The position numbers and the translations under genes were made by a program. DNA of 59,256 nucleotides from the NCBI RefSeq assembly GCF_016433145.1, contig NC_058131.1, forward strand, positions 595,470,705 through 595,529,960. The letters are read 5' to 3'. Source of the stretch: Gracilinanus agilis (Eukaryota). This document shows, piece by piece, positions 10,321 to 21,990 of the stretch; within the stretch, counting starts at the first letter, position 1, and the number at the start of each line of letters is the position of its first letter. The notes under the pieces were generated by a model. The model saw only the letters and a list, made by a program, of their open reading frames with translations, was not told the DNA's origin and made no database searches.

Positions 10321-13300
10321 GTCAAGGTGGATAGAGGTGAACTAAAAGCAAGTGTGATAGATGTGGTAAATGATAGCAAATAGAGACCCCCCAAAAAATT
10401 ATCAAAAATGGAAGAATTTAAGAAGTAAAAGATCTTTTGGATAGAGAAAATCACGTTCATAGATCCTTAAATCACTTGAGAATATCCCTATATTTCAAAA
10501 AAGCAAAGTACAGTGAAAAGAACACTAAACTCAAGATAGATTGATTCCCTGAGTTTTAGTCCTTCCTTTTCCACATACTGTGATACTGAGCAAAGTCATT
10601 TAACCTCTGTGAGACTGTTTCCTTATCACTACAATATGGGTAGATAAATAAATGAACCTTAATGTTCCTTGGAGCTTTGATATCTATAATTCTATGGTTA
10701 TAATTCATGTTCATAATGATGATTCTGACATGAAACAAATTGAATTTCTTTTAGTTCAATTTTGCTTAAAGGGACAAGAAAGTATGTAATGAAGATTGGG
10801 ATATTTTCATCAAAAAATAGCTCCAAGATTTAGAGTTTGGGTCCTAAAAAGCAAACCTTGGTTATATGGAAAATTATAATACATGTAACTTATTTACTAT
10901 TCCTCAATGATGTCAAATAAGGATTGAGGGATCACTCATTCCTGTATTTTTCTATAACTAAACATTAAAGTTCCTTCGTATTCCTTAATTTTCTCTTTCT
11001 AAAGATAACCCTGTTTTATGCAATAAAAGCAACATCTGGAGTTTTCAGGCATAATAATAAAACACAAGGGGAGCATACCCAGGTGATGAAATATAGTCTT
11101 CTGATGTAAGAACTTGCAATCCCCTATTTTACCCAAGAATCTGTGTGAATTAAATATCTGGGGGACCTCCAACCCAGTCCAATCCCAGGAAGTCTCACCT
11201 CATTGGATGGACAGAGGACCACATATCTGGGTCTGCCAGCTGGAAGCACCACAGAGGCCAGGAGATACAATGTATGGAGGCTATGGATCAAGTGAAGTAT
11301 TCAGAGAAGAGGATCACAGAAAGCTCAGGGGTCTCTTGGCTTCCCTCCCTTTCTTAGCTCCTTGGCCTTTCTGTGAACCATCCCAGTGGCTCTTAACTAT
11401 CTTGCCATCTTTGGCAAGCAGCAGCAGGGAGGGGACTACATGGGGTTGCAATCCAAGACCTGATCTTACTTTAAGTTAGAAAAGCTAGAAACCTTATTTC
11501 TATCATTCTTTCTCTTTACTAATAAGTACTTATAAATTTAGCATAAAGCCTCCAAGATTAATTTTTACTCATAACAATTCCCTGATTTAGAACAGACCTT
11601 AGAGGGCTTCCAGTTCAGATCCCAACAGAAACATGAACCACCTTTCCAAGGTCCCTAATGTCATCTGTTTACTATATGAAGCCTTTCATCTTGGAAAACA
11701 GTAAAGAAATTCAAATGAGAAACATTAGAGCTCTTTATTGCTTCCCCCCCACCCACACACCCTTGCCATTGCCAGGTTGCCATCTCTATAGAAAATAGAA
11801 GCCTTGAAGGATTTGTATCATTAGGTGATAAAGTAAGATAGAAAGTACACTCTACCCTGAGGAACTAATTTGAACAAAAGAATGGAGAGAAGAAACTTTT
11901 CACTGGATTCCAAAAAACTGGGTTTGAATCATTCCTTGGGCATTTGCTAGCTGTTTAACCCTGCCTATGTCTCAACTTCTCAGATTCACTTTTTTCATTT
12001 ATAATGGAGTTGGATTTAAGGAACACTAAGATTCCTTCCAACTTTGTATCTATAATCCTGTTTTCAGGGATCTCTCTGGGAGTGGTTCAGCTTTGCAGAC
12101 ACAGGGAGCACTGGGAGATAGATCTAGAAACATATCATAGAAACCTGGATGTCATTTACACAGTTTTCCAAACATCTATTCATCTCTATAGCCCTCAAGG
12201 TGCTAAGTGGTACTGACTTCTGCAATGTTAGACTCACACGCCTGCCTAAACACTGGCCTGCCTACCACAACATCTCACAGAGGTTACCCTTAGATGGGAA
12301 CCTGTCAACAACAGAAATCATTTCCAATCTGAAAAGGAAAAATGAAGAGCTGCAATCCTATTACTATTACTGGGAACCTTCTTCACATCTCCTAAGATGA
12401 GGCTAAAAGTAATTATGACAAAAGTTACATACCCTCACATATGGTGTTTTGCTATTGTGAGTGTGAATATCAATTGTACACAGTGACAAAAAGGAAATAG
12501 AATTCAGTAATAGCTTGTTTGTGGATGGGACCTGCCTTTTAATGGACTACAGGGTGAAGAGCTGGTATATTATAGCCTTTGCTAAAGAGAGTTGAAATTA
12601 AAGGTTGCAATTTAAGATATCCTTCCTGAAGGTCTCTACTTTCCTGGTGAAAATAATTATTTGAGGTCAATAGTGTTAGTTATAAGGTAGGTGAATAATG
12701 ATGCTAACACTATCAACTGAATTCCTCTGGGTACAATTATCACCTCATCTCTTGGACCTGGAGTAAATCTTGCAATCTGAAGCCCGGCATTCTTATGGCA
12801 ATAGTAATAATGATCATGATAGTAATAGTAATAACAGCAGCATTTATATAGGGCACTGGGATAGGCAAAGTGATGTATGTATATTGTCCCATTCAGTCTT
12901 CACAACAACCCTATAAGGTAAGTGTTTTTATTCTAATCTCACAGATTAGAAACTGAAGGCTAAGAGCATATAGGTGGCTACACACAGCTAATAAAATGAT
13001 GGAATATTGTGTGACCAATATTCTTGGTGATACATTTTGAGAGTAACATTGACAAACACAGGAGGAAGGAACTGCTACATGGGATAAGAGGGTTGAGCTA
13101 CTTGGCTTCTCAAATCCCTTTCTACTCTCATCTCCTAAAATCTACCACTCTAAGTATGACCCAGAAAGATTCTGTGTTAGGGCTTTCCTTTACAGGAAAA
13201 GTTCTTTCTGAGATTTAGGGATAATTGAACTCACTGAGGAATAGGTTTTTCCCATATGCAGAATTAACACTCACTCCTGATTCAGTGAGGCACAATAGGT

Positions 13301-13447
13301 TTATTTTTTCCCCTTTCTTAAACAAGCATAATATCTTTTGATTTTACACTATTTATATTTCTCTTTGTATCCTGCCTTCTTCCTCCTTGTTAAGAGTCAT
13401 CTCAGATTACAAAATTAAAAAAAAATTCAAGCAAGTTCTACATCTAT

Positions 13448-13660
13448 GGGCAGCTGGGTCAAGCAGTTAATAGGTTCATGTTCATGGGTTCAAATTTTGT
13501 CTCAGACACTTCATAGTTATGTAACCCTGGACAAGTCACTTAACCCTATTTGCCTCACTTTCTAAGCTAAAGAATTAAATGCCAAACAATCTAGTATCTT
13601 TGCCAGGAAAACCCTCAAAAAAGGGAGTCAGGAAGTCCGACACAAATGAAAACAGCTGAA
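13448..13660 (+). mobile_element. MAR1-like marsupial SINE with RTE-type tail
   Basis: tRNA/CORE head (gggttcaaat...cacttaacc) followed by agtatctttgccaggaaaacc...ggaagtccgacacaaatgaaaacagctgaa. Confidence 0.75.
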
Positions 13661-13797
13661 AGTGCATCTGAAGACTTCTTGCCTCTGCAAAGGAATAGAG
13701 GGTGGTACTTTTCATAGTTCTTTGGGACCATGCTTGCTTGCTGAGTCACTGGCTTTTAGACCAAAAAAGAGTCAATTACATATCAAAAAAGCAGCCA

Positions 13798-14536
13798 ACT
13801 GACCCAACCATTCTGGATGGCAATTTGGAATTATACCCAAAGAACTCTAAAAGACTGCCTGCCCTTTGATCCAACCATACCATTGCTGGGCTTGTACCCC
13901 AAAGAGATCATAGATAAACAGACTTGTACGAAAATATTTATAGCTGAGCTTTTTGTGGTGGCAAAAACCTGGAAAACGAGGGTATGCCCTTCAATTGGGG
14001 AATGGCTAAACAAATTGTGGCATATGCTGGTGATGGAATACTATTGTGCTCAAAGGAATAATAAACTGGAGGAATTCCATGTGAACTGGAAAGACCTCCA
14101 GGAATTGATGCAGAGAGAAAGGAACAGAGACAGAAGAACATTGTACACAGAGACTGATACACTGTGGTAAAACCGAATGTAATGGACTTCTGTACTAGCA
14201 GCAATGCAATGACCAGGACAATTCTGAGGGATTTATGGAAAAGAACACTACCCACATTCAGAGGAAGAACTACAGGAGTGGAAACACAGAAGAAAAACAA
14301 CTGCTTGAACACATGGGTTGATGCGGACATGATTGGGGTTGTAGACTTGAAACAACCACACCAATGCAACTATCAATAATATGGAAATAGGTCTTGATTG
14401 ATGACACATGTTAAAACCAGTGGAAATGCACATCAGCTATGGTGGGGGTGGGGGTGTTGGGGAAGGGGTTAAGGGGAAAGTAAAAACATGAATCAAGTTA
14501 CCATGGAAAATTTTTCTAAAAATAAAATATTTTTTA
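13798..14536 (+). mobile_element. 5'-truncated young L1 (ORF2 end and 3'UTR)
   Basis: ORF 13817-14170 resembles the L1 ORF2 C-terminus (IPLLGLYPKE, CPSIGEWLNKLW). 13-bp TSD AAAAAAGCAGCCA (13785-13797 and 14537-14549). Confidence 0.93.
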
Positions 14537-15299
14537 AAAAAAGCAGCCAGCCAGGGGCCAGACAAATCCAGTCTTAGTCTTCATGAGCTGAAGACCAGAA
14601 CTCTTGGATAGAATCACAGGACTAAAATGAAGCTTAGAGATCATCTTATAAAAACCTCTACTTTTGTAAATGAAAAAACTCAGATACATAGTAAAATTAC
14701 TTAATGAAGGTCTCCTAACAGAGTTGAAATAAAAACCAAGTCTTCAGGTCCAGTGTGTTTCACAGTGCAGCAAATTCTATCCTCTACATAGGTACATTAG
14801 ACATTTGCCTATCTGGTATAATTTAAGGATTTCTCCAGCAATCCCTTACACTACCCTCAAATATCTCCAAAATTGTATCTCCAGAAGACACCTTGTTAAA
14901 ATGTAAATGTATTACTTGGTGAGAAGTAATCATAACCCAATGGTAAGGGTTAGTTTACCAAATTAGTACTTTTACTATAAGTAAAAGTTGATGAGGGAGG
15001 CAGAGGTGAGAAAGAAATGCTTTTAACATACTGGGGAGGATAGGCATTGGAGGAGCACTGAGGTAAGGAGGCTAGACAGCCAGAGGAAGGGAATGCAGAA
15101 AACCAGTGTTGCCTACTTCAAATGTTTTTTCTTCTGTAAAACCCAAGGGAACAATTGTCATTCCCTGTGCCCACTCAGAAATGTTTTCAATGTAAAATTG
15201 CATACTATCTTCTTTTGGTGTCTACAGGCAGAGATGAGGTAACTACCTGAGGCAAAGCAAATATTTTAAGGGTAAAACTGTGTCTTTGTACCCCATAGA

Positions 15300-15645
15300 T
15301 AAAATATTTTCCCTCATGGCCTCCCTCATAGAATCCCTTACTTCCTCTAATAATCAATTCAAGTATACTTTTTTTTCACATAAAGTTTTTCCTGGTTGCC
15401 CTCAATTGCTAGTGCCATCTCGCAATTACCTTATTTTTATTTTGTATTTATTCTGTTTATATGCATATATACACACATATATAAACATATACACAAATTA
15501 TGTATGTACGCATGTTTTGTCTCCCCAGTACAATGTAAAATCTTTGATAACAAGGACTGTTTCATTTCTGTCTTTGTATACCCCAAACCTAGCACAATAC
15601 TTGGTACAGAGTAGGTTCTTGATAAATGTTTATTGATGGATTAGA
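15300..15645 (+). mobile_element. L2 3' end
   Basis: tgtctcccc...aatgtaaaatctttga...aaggactgt...cctagcacaatacttggtacagagtagg...ataaatgtttattga. Confidence 0.7.
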
Positions 15646-16244
15646 CAAAATAGAAAAATAACCAAAAAGTCCTTTTTGAATTTATTCCCTTACAAGATTG
15701 TAAGATAAAAAACAATGACTTGTTCTTCACACTTGAGATCATGGAGAGATTTGATGACTTGAAGGCCATCAAGTTCAACCCCTCATTTTAGAGTTGAGAA
15801 AACTGGGTCCCAGAGAAATGAAGTGACTTGCATAGGGGTTAGACATATAGAAAGTAGCAAAACTGGGGTTTAAAACCTTAATTTTCTGATTCTAAACTCA
15901 GCATTCTTTCCAATGCACCATTTTGTATCTTCTGATAAAACATAGAGCTTTGTACACAGTAACCATATAATGCAATTTTTTAAAATTGAATTTCTGAGAC
16001 TTAGTTCCCTCATCTGTAAAATGGAGATATTGCTTATAATGCCTACCCAGACAGATTTTTGTCTTTGTAAGATCTTTATAAGCTTTGAAGGATGGTAGAA
16101 ATGTGACTGATGATGATGATGGCAGCAATGATGACAACCACAGATACTAGAAGGTGAACATACTACTAAAGGAAAGGAAGCATTTCAATCTCTTTTGTTG
16201 TTGTTAACCAGTCTTAATTCCATGATGGAATAATGTACTTGTTT

Positions 16245-17140
16245 TCTTTGTTTTTTTAAGAATTTTATCAATTTATTTGTTTTTGATTACATTAAAATTC
16301 TCAGATATCAATTTCCCTTCCTCCCTCCCTCCCAGGCCTAGAGGAGGCATCATTTGACAAAACTGTGTGTGTGTGTGTTGTGTAATTAGAATCTGTTACC
16401 CTAAAAACTATGATTCCCAGCAAAAATATGATTCCCAGCACCCTACTCACTTCCTGTCATTACATGCTGATGTAGACAGTATATAAATTGGGTGGAGTTC
16501 AGTCTCTCTGGCTTTTTTCCTTTCTGTTGCAGCTTTGGTGGAGTAGGGGTTTTTGAGCAGGTAGAAAAACTTAGTGACATGGTTCTGTTTTGTCAGATAA
16601 TAAACTTTATAAAAATAATACTTGAAGTATTAGACATTAATTTAAATCCTATGATGTGTGTGTGTGTATAAACTATGTGTTTTGTGTAGAAACACAAAAT
16701 TTATCAGTTCTTTCTCTAGAGATATCCATTCACAAGTTACTCTTCAGACACCAATTCTGTACCTGTAAATGAAGTTCTCTTGATTCTCCTAATTTCTTCA
16801 CTTTTCACAGTTTCATGTAGGTTTTTCCATGTTTTTCTAAGATTACCATGTTCATCATTTCTTATGATACAGTAGTATTACATCACAATCATATGCTACA
16901 ACTTGTTCAGCCATTCCCCAGTTAATGGGCATCCCCTCATTTAACAGTTCTTTGCCACCACAAAGATAACTGCCATAAATATTTTAGTACATATATAAGT
17001 TCTTTTCCTTTTTCCCTCATCACCCCAAGAAACAGAACCAACAGTGGTATTTTGCAGTCAAACAGTATACAGAGTTTTATAATTCTCTGGGCTTTATTGC
17101 AGATTGCTCTCCAAAATGGTTGGATCAGCATAGTTCAAAG
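16245..17140 (-). mobile_element. Older L1 3' fragment, interrupted by a short LTR
   Basis: ttgttcagccattccccagttaatgggcatcccctc, tttgccaccacaaa, ttgctctccaaaatggttgga. Confidence 0.8.
16381..16654 (+). mobile_element. Short solo LTR (about 274 bp) inserted in a (TG)n tract
   Basis: Starts TGTAAT; TATATAAA at 16480-16487; AATAAA at 16599-16604; (TG)n on both sides. The 3' terminus reads TGA rather than CA. Confidence 0.6.
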
Positions 17141-17490
17141 TATATCAATCTTAACATTATCACTATATATGAAACCAGAATACTAAAGTAAATTGTGATG
17201 AAATGGAAGGATGATCTTCCACAGATTCTCTTTGGAGAGGCAAACACAATCTTTAGTCAAGTTAGTTTAATTATGCATCCAAAGCAACCAAAAGTACTAC
17301 TTCATGGGACATTTGTTGATCTCATATTGTAGTGCTCATGAGTAGCATTTTCAAAAAGACCATCACATAGATCATTAGTGTTCACATGCCAACATCTCTA
17401 CCTCAAAGAGGTACCTTAAAAGAGATGAATATGTAGAAAAAAATCTACAAAGAACTTGACCCCCAAATTAAGCCAACATGTATCTTAATA

Positions 17491-18285
17491 TAGGCATACA
17501 TCAGAGATATGTAAGGTTCAGTTTTAGACTTCTACAATAAAACAAATATTGCAATGAAGTTTATCACATTATTTTTTGGTTTCCCAGTGCACATAAAAAT
17601 TATGTTTACACTGTACTGTAATCTATTAAGTGCAGAATAGTAGTATATCTAAAAAACATAACAATTTAAATATACTTTATTTCTAAAAAATACTAACCAT
17701 CATCCAAGCCTTCAGCAAATCTTAATATTTTTGCTGGTGGAGGACCTTCCCTTAGTGTTGACGGCTACTGATTGATCAGGGTAGTGTTTGCTAAAGGCTG
17801 AGATGACTGTGACGATTTCTTAAAATAAGACAACAATGAAGTTTGCTGTATCAATTGACTCTTCCTTTCACTTGAACATATAGAGGCAGGCCATTGTAAG
17901 GTTATAAACTGGCCTAATTCCAATATTGTTGTGTCAGAAAAAAAAGCCCAGGAAGAAAGAGAAACGGGGAATAGCCAATCAGTGGAGCAATCAGAACACA
18001 TACAACATTTATTGGATTAAGTTCCCCATCCTATATAGCCATAGTTCAAGGTGCCCCAAAACAATTATCNNNNNNNNNNNNNNNNNNNNNNNNNNNNNNN
18101 NNNNNNNNNNNNNNNNNNNNNNNNNNNNNNNNNNNNNNNNNNNNNNNNNNNNNNNNNNNNNNNNNNNNNNNNNNNNNNNNNNNNNNNNNNNNNNNNNNNN
18201 NNNNNNNNNNNNNNNNNNATGCCACAAACTTTCAATCTGTAAAAAATGCAATATCTGCAAAGCAAAATAAAATGAGGCATGCCTG
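17491..18285. mobile_element. Tigger2/MER28-like non-autonomous Tc1-mariner (pogo) element spanning an N gap
   Basis: Ends TAGGCATACATC and reverse complement CAGGCATGCCTC, TA on both flanks. The interior follows the Tigger2/MER28 sequence as I recall it (ggtttcccagtgcacataaaa, tttttgctggtggagg, cttaaaataagacaacaatgaagtttgc). Confidence 0.85.
18070..18218. other. Assembly gap (149 N)
   Basis: Run of n. Confidence 1.
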
Positions 18286-18419
18286 TACTGAGAGGCAATT
18301 TGACAGAGTGAATAGAGAATTGGCTTTGAAACCAGGAAAGATCTAAGTTCAAGTCTCAGCTTGATACATATAGACTATGTGCCTCTAAGCAAGTCCCTTC
18401 ATCTCTCAGTGCTCTTGGC

Positions 18420-18570
18420 CAGTGTTGTCAAACTCAATTAGAAACAAATTTCTGTGACTACATACTGACTTTAAAAACTACAAATTAACATTATCTATGC
18501 TGCATTGCATTTTAATTTATTTTGTTAAACTCTTCCCAATTATACTTTAATCTGGTTCGGCAACACTCTG
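18420..18570 (+). mobile_element. Short hAT-like non-autonomous repeat (related copies near 19540-19930 and 45550-45660)
   Basis: cagtgttgtcaaactcaa...attttgttaaac...cccaattatactttaatctggttc recurs in the window. Family name uncertain. Confidence 0.55.
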
Positions 18571-19653
18571 GAGTTTGGGGAGCTCTGCTCCAGGCAACTC
18601 TCTAAGGTGATAAGTTGCAGAGAAAGTGATGACATTCTTCAATAAGTTGTATCCCAAGAATATGTTAAAATCACACAAAAGTCCTTGAAAGATATAATGT
18701 TAGAGATCATTCATTCCCCTTTGATTATTGGCATTAAAGAAGTAGATTTGTGCTTGCCATGGAGTTATTTGTCACTTTTGTAGAATAAAGGCAGGGCAAA
18801 GTCCAGATTGAAGGCTTTCTTAGAGATGATGAAGCCTTCTGGATTCTCTTGTTTGTGGGCGACATTGTACTTGCTGTCACTCACTTATAACTATGGAACA
18901 CCGCACAGCCTCTTAAGTGATAATCATAATCAATCCAAAGAGTTCAGACATACCAATTCACACCGAAAAAATGAATAATGTATTTTGTCCAGAATCTTAT
19001 CCAGTTGGACAAATAAACCATATATCTGGTCTATTAGTGCATATATCTTGGACAAACATGGTGGATCACAGTTGTCAACCTGGACTACAAAGGACCTATG
19101 AATTTAGATTGGTCTATTTAGGGTGAAACTACATCTTCATTCTCACTAACTTCAAACTAAAATTTAGCATTTCCTTCAAGAATTTGAAGACATTCCGAGA
19201 AAGAGTCCCTCGTATCTATGACATAAAACATATTAAGATCTCCTATGGCAGATGATCAATAACTTGAGACTAGAATTGAATAAGCAGAGGGCAGCAGGAT
19301 GATTTGCATTGAAGAAACTGCATCATGCTATTAGCAATCTCAAGTGACTCCCTAAAACAGAGCGCCATCTTTTTCAAATCGTTTGTTTTCAGCTGATGCT
19401 ACATAATTGAATCATGGAAAACCACCATTTCCAAAACACTAACGTTGTGAATTACTAAATTGCCATGGAGATGTTCACTGTGGATCTTCGTAGACTATGG
19501 TCCTGTGCTACTGAAAATTTGTATGAAAAAAATGATATAAAATAGTGGTCAGACTCAAATAGACTCAAATGCAGGCCACATGTAGATTTGGAAAACTATA
19601 AATTAATATTGTTGTATTGTATTATTTTGTTAAACATTTCTCAATTACTTTTT

Positions 19654-19858
19654 GTTTTGTTTTGTTTTGGTTTTGTTTTTTTTAACCCTTAACTTCTGTG
19701 TACTGGCTCCTTGGTGGAATAGTAGTAAGGGTGGGCAATGGGGGTCAAGTGACTTGCCCAGGGTCACACAGCTGGGAAGTGTCTGAGGCCGGATTTGAAC
19801 CTAGGACCTCCCGTCTCTAGGCCTGACTCTCAATACACTGAGCTACCCAGCTGCCCCC
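19654..19858 (-). mobile_element. SINE1_Mdo-like SINE
   Basis: Full-length head (ggggcagctgggtagctcag on the minus strand), T-rich tail, 14-bp TSD CTCAATTACTTTTT (19640-19653 and 19859-19872). Confidence 0.92.
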
Positions 19859-20189
19859 CTCAATTACTTTTTAATCCCTTTCTGGCTGTACTGTAGTGGT
19901 TTGCCCTGCAAGCCTACAAATTTGACGTTTCTGGTAAAGAAGATATCTGAAATATATAGGACCATAAAAGGAAGTAGCAAGAAAAAGGGATAGTCAGCCC
20001 ATGTGCTCCATTAATATTCATGCAAAATGAAAAGATCTAGAAAAAGACCTCTGGAATATTGGGTTTAGCCCCTATCAATCCAATTTGTGGAAGGATATGG
20101 TCACAGGATGAGAAGGTAGATGGGTTATAATCTATAATTCCCATTGGAGGAATATGTACGCTTATGATATCATAAATTCACTGATACAT

Positions 20190-20405
20190 TCAAGACCCTG
20201 AATCAAGTTATTTAATGTATAAGTCTAGCTATGTAATCTTGGGCAAATCACTCAATCTCAATCAGCCTTGGTTTTCCCCTTTGTAAAATGGGGATAATAA
20301 AACCTACCTCATAGGATTGTTGTGAAGTTCAAATGACCTAATATTTAAAGGAATTTCCAAACCTTAAAGCCCTATCTAAATGTTAGCTATTATTACTATT
20401 GTCTT
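20190..20405 (+). mobile_element. MIR SINE
   Basis: gctatgtaatcttgggcaaatcact, tgtaaaatggggataat, aaatgttagctattatt. Confidence 0.7.
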
Positions 20406-20629
20406 GATTATCATAATTTTTATTATTTTCTCATGCCTGAGATAAAGAAGTCTTAGTAAATGATCTCTAAAAACCCCTTTCAACTCTCAAATTCTAAGGC
20501 TGTGTGAATATTTTAGGCTTTTCAAGACAATGATGTAAACATTATATATTTACTTTTAACCATCTGGCTCATTTCAAAGAAGGTCAACTCAATGATTTGG
20601 TTGTGAATGAGGAGAGAAGGTTTAGGCAT

Positions 20630-20870
20630 TTAATATGCACCTAATTTGCCAAGAACAGTGCTAAGCATTTTACAAATATTATAAGATTTGAACCTCGCAA
20701 CCCTGTGAGGTAGGTTATTCTTATTCTCATTTTAGAGTTGAGAAAACTCTGGTAGACAAAAATTAAATGACTTTCCCAACAACTAGTAAGTGTCTAGAGA
20801 TAGCATTTAAACTGGGGTCTTCCTGGCTCTAGGTCCCCTATTCTGTCCACCCTCCTACTTAGTCATCTCT
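20630..20870 (-). mobile_element. MIR SINE
   Basis: ctcgcaaccctgtgaggtagg, cattttagagttgagaaaact, aaatgactttccc. Confidence 0.7.
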
Positions 20871-21769
20871 AATTTCCTTAATAAGGGAATTTGCACAAGG
20901 ATAATAAAAGAGCACAACAAATTTACATTATGGTGCATGAAAATCAATATGATGTTTACATGACATTCTCAGGTCTATTTTGCACTATCCACCGGAGAAG
21001 TCTCCCTAGAGGATCTAAGCCAACAGATAGGGAAATAAACCAGAAATAGAAAAAGTCCTAAGAGGGGCCAAGTTTCCAGTGGCAGCAGAAAGCAGATAGC
21101 CAAAGAAAAGTTAGGACTAGGAGCTGGAGCATGCCAGGATCTAGGAAGATGGTGATGGAAAGGATTGAATTCAGACGAATAATTGTCAGATGACCATTAA
21201 ATTTTGAAGTATGTTATATTTTAGAGATCATCTAGCCAAACTCATTATTTTTTAATAAAGAAATTGAGGCCCACAGAAGGGAAATGACCAAAGTAGCAAG
21301 AAGCAGAGAGCAGAACTAAGTCTTTTGTCTCCAAATTCAGTGTTTTTCACAAACACAGAAGTATTTTATTATAGAGAAAGGAAGTGTGATTTTATGAACT
21401 TATGGTGGCAAAACCAAGGTCTAAAAGCCAGGATCTCAGACCAAATGGGAGGGAGTGCATAAGCTGCAGAGATTGAGGTGGCAAGGCCAGGTCAAATCCA
21501 GAAATGCAGACTGGGCAGGAGAAAGCAAGCAGAAATAAAATTTATGACGGGAAGGGTCAGCAGAAAGCACCTGAATTCAAACCAGACATGAGGGAACAGG
21601 CCAAAAATAGAGTCCAGACAGGAACTGGGAACAATATCTCAGAGGCTGGTATAGGGAGGGTATATTAGTATGCCCACACAACAGCATAACCAGGCTTTTG
21701 ATCCTAGAATAGAGAGGAAGGGAAGGAGTTGCCCTTGGCCCCATTTGGAGCAGCTTTCTTGATTATTGG

Positions 21770-21990
21770 TTGTTATTTAGTTGTTTTTCAGTCATATTCA
21801 ACTCTTTGTTCTTGGCAAAAAATACTAGAGTAGTTTGTCATTTTCTTCTACAGCTCATTTATAGATGAGAAAACTGAGGCAAACAGGATTAAAATGACTT
21901 GTCCAGGGTCACACAGCTAGTAAATGTCTAAGGCCAGATTTGAATTCAGGTCTTCCTAACTACAAGCCCAGCACTCTATTTATCTTGATA
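21770..21990 (-). mobile_element. MAR1-like SINE
   Basis: tcagtcatattcaactctttg...cttggcaaaaaatactagagtagtttgtcatttt...gatgagaaaactgaggcaaacagg...gacttgtccagggtcacacagctag. Confidence 0.75.

Noticed and set aside
10206-10460. Thr/Ile-rich mucin-like ORF
   Set aside because: Produced by the (GGT/AGT)n microsatellite.
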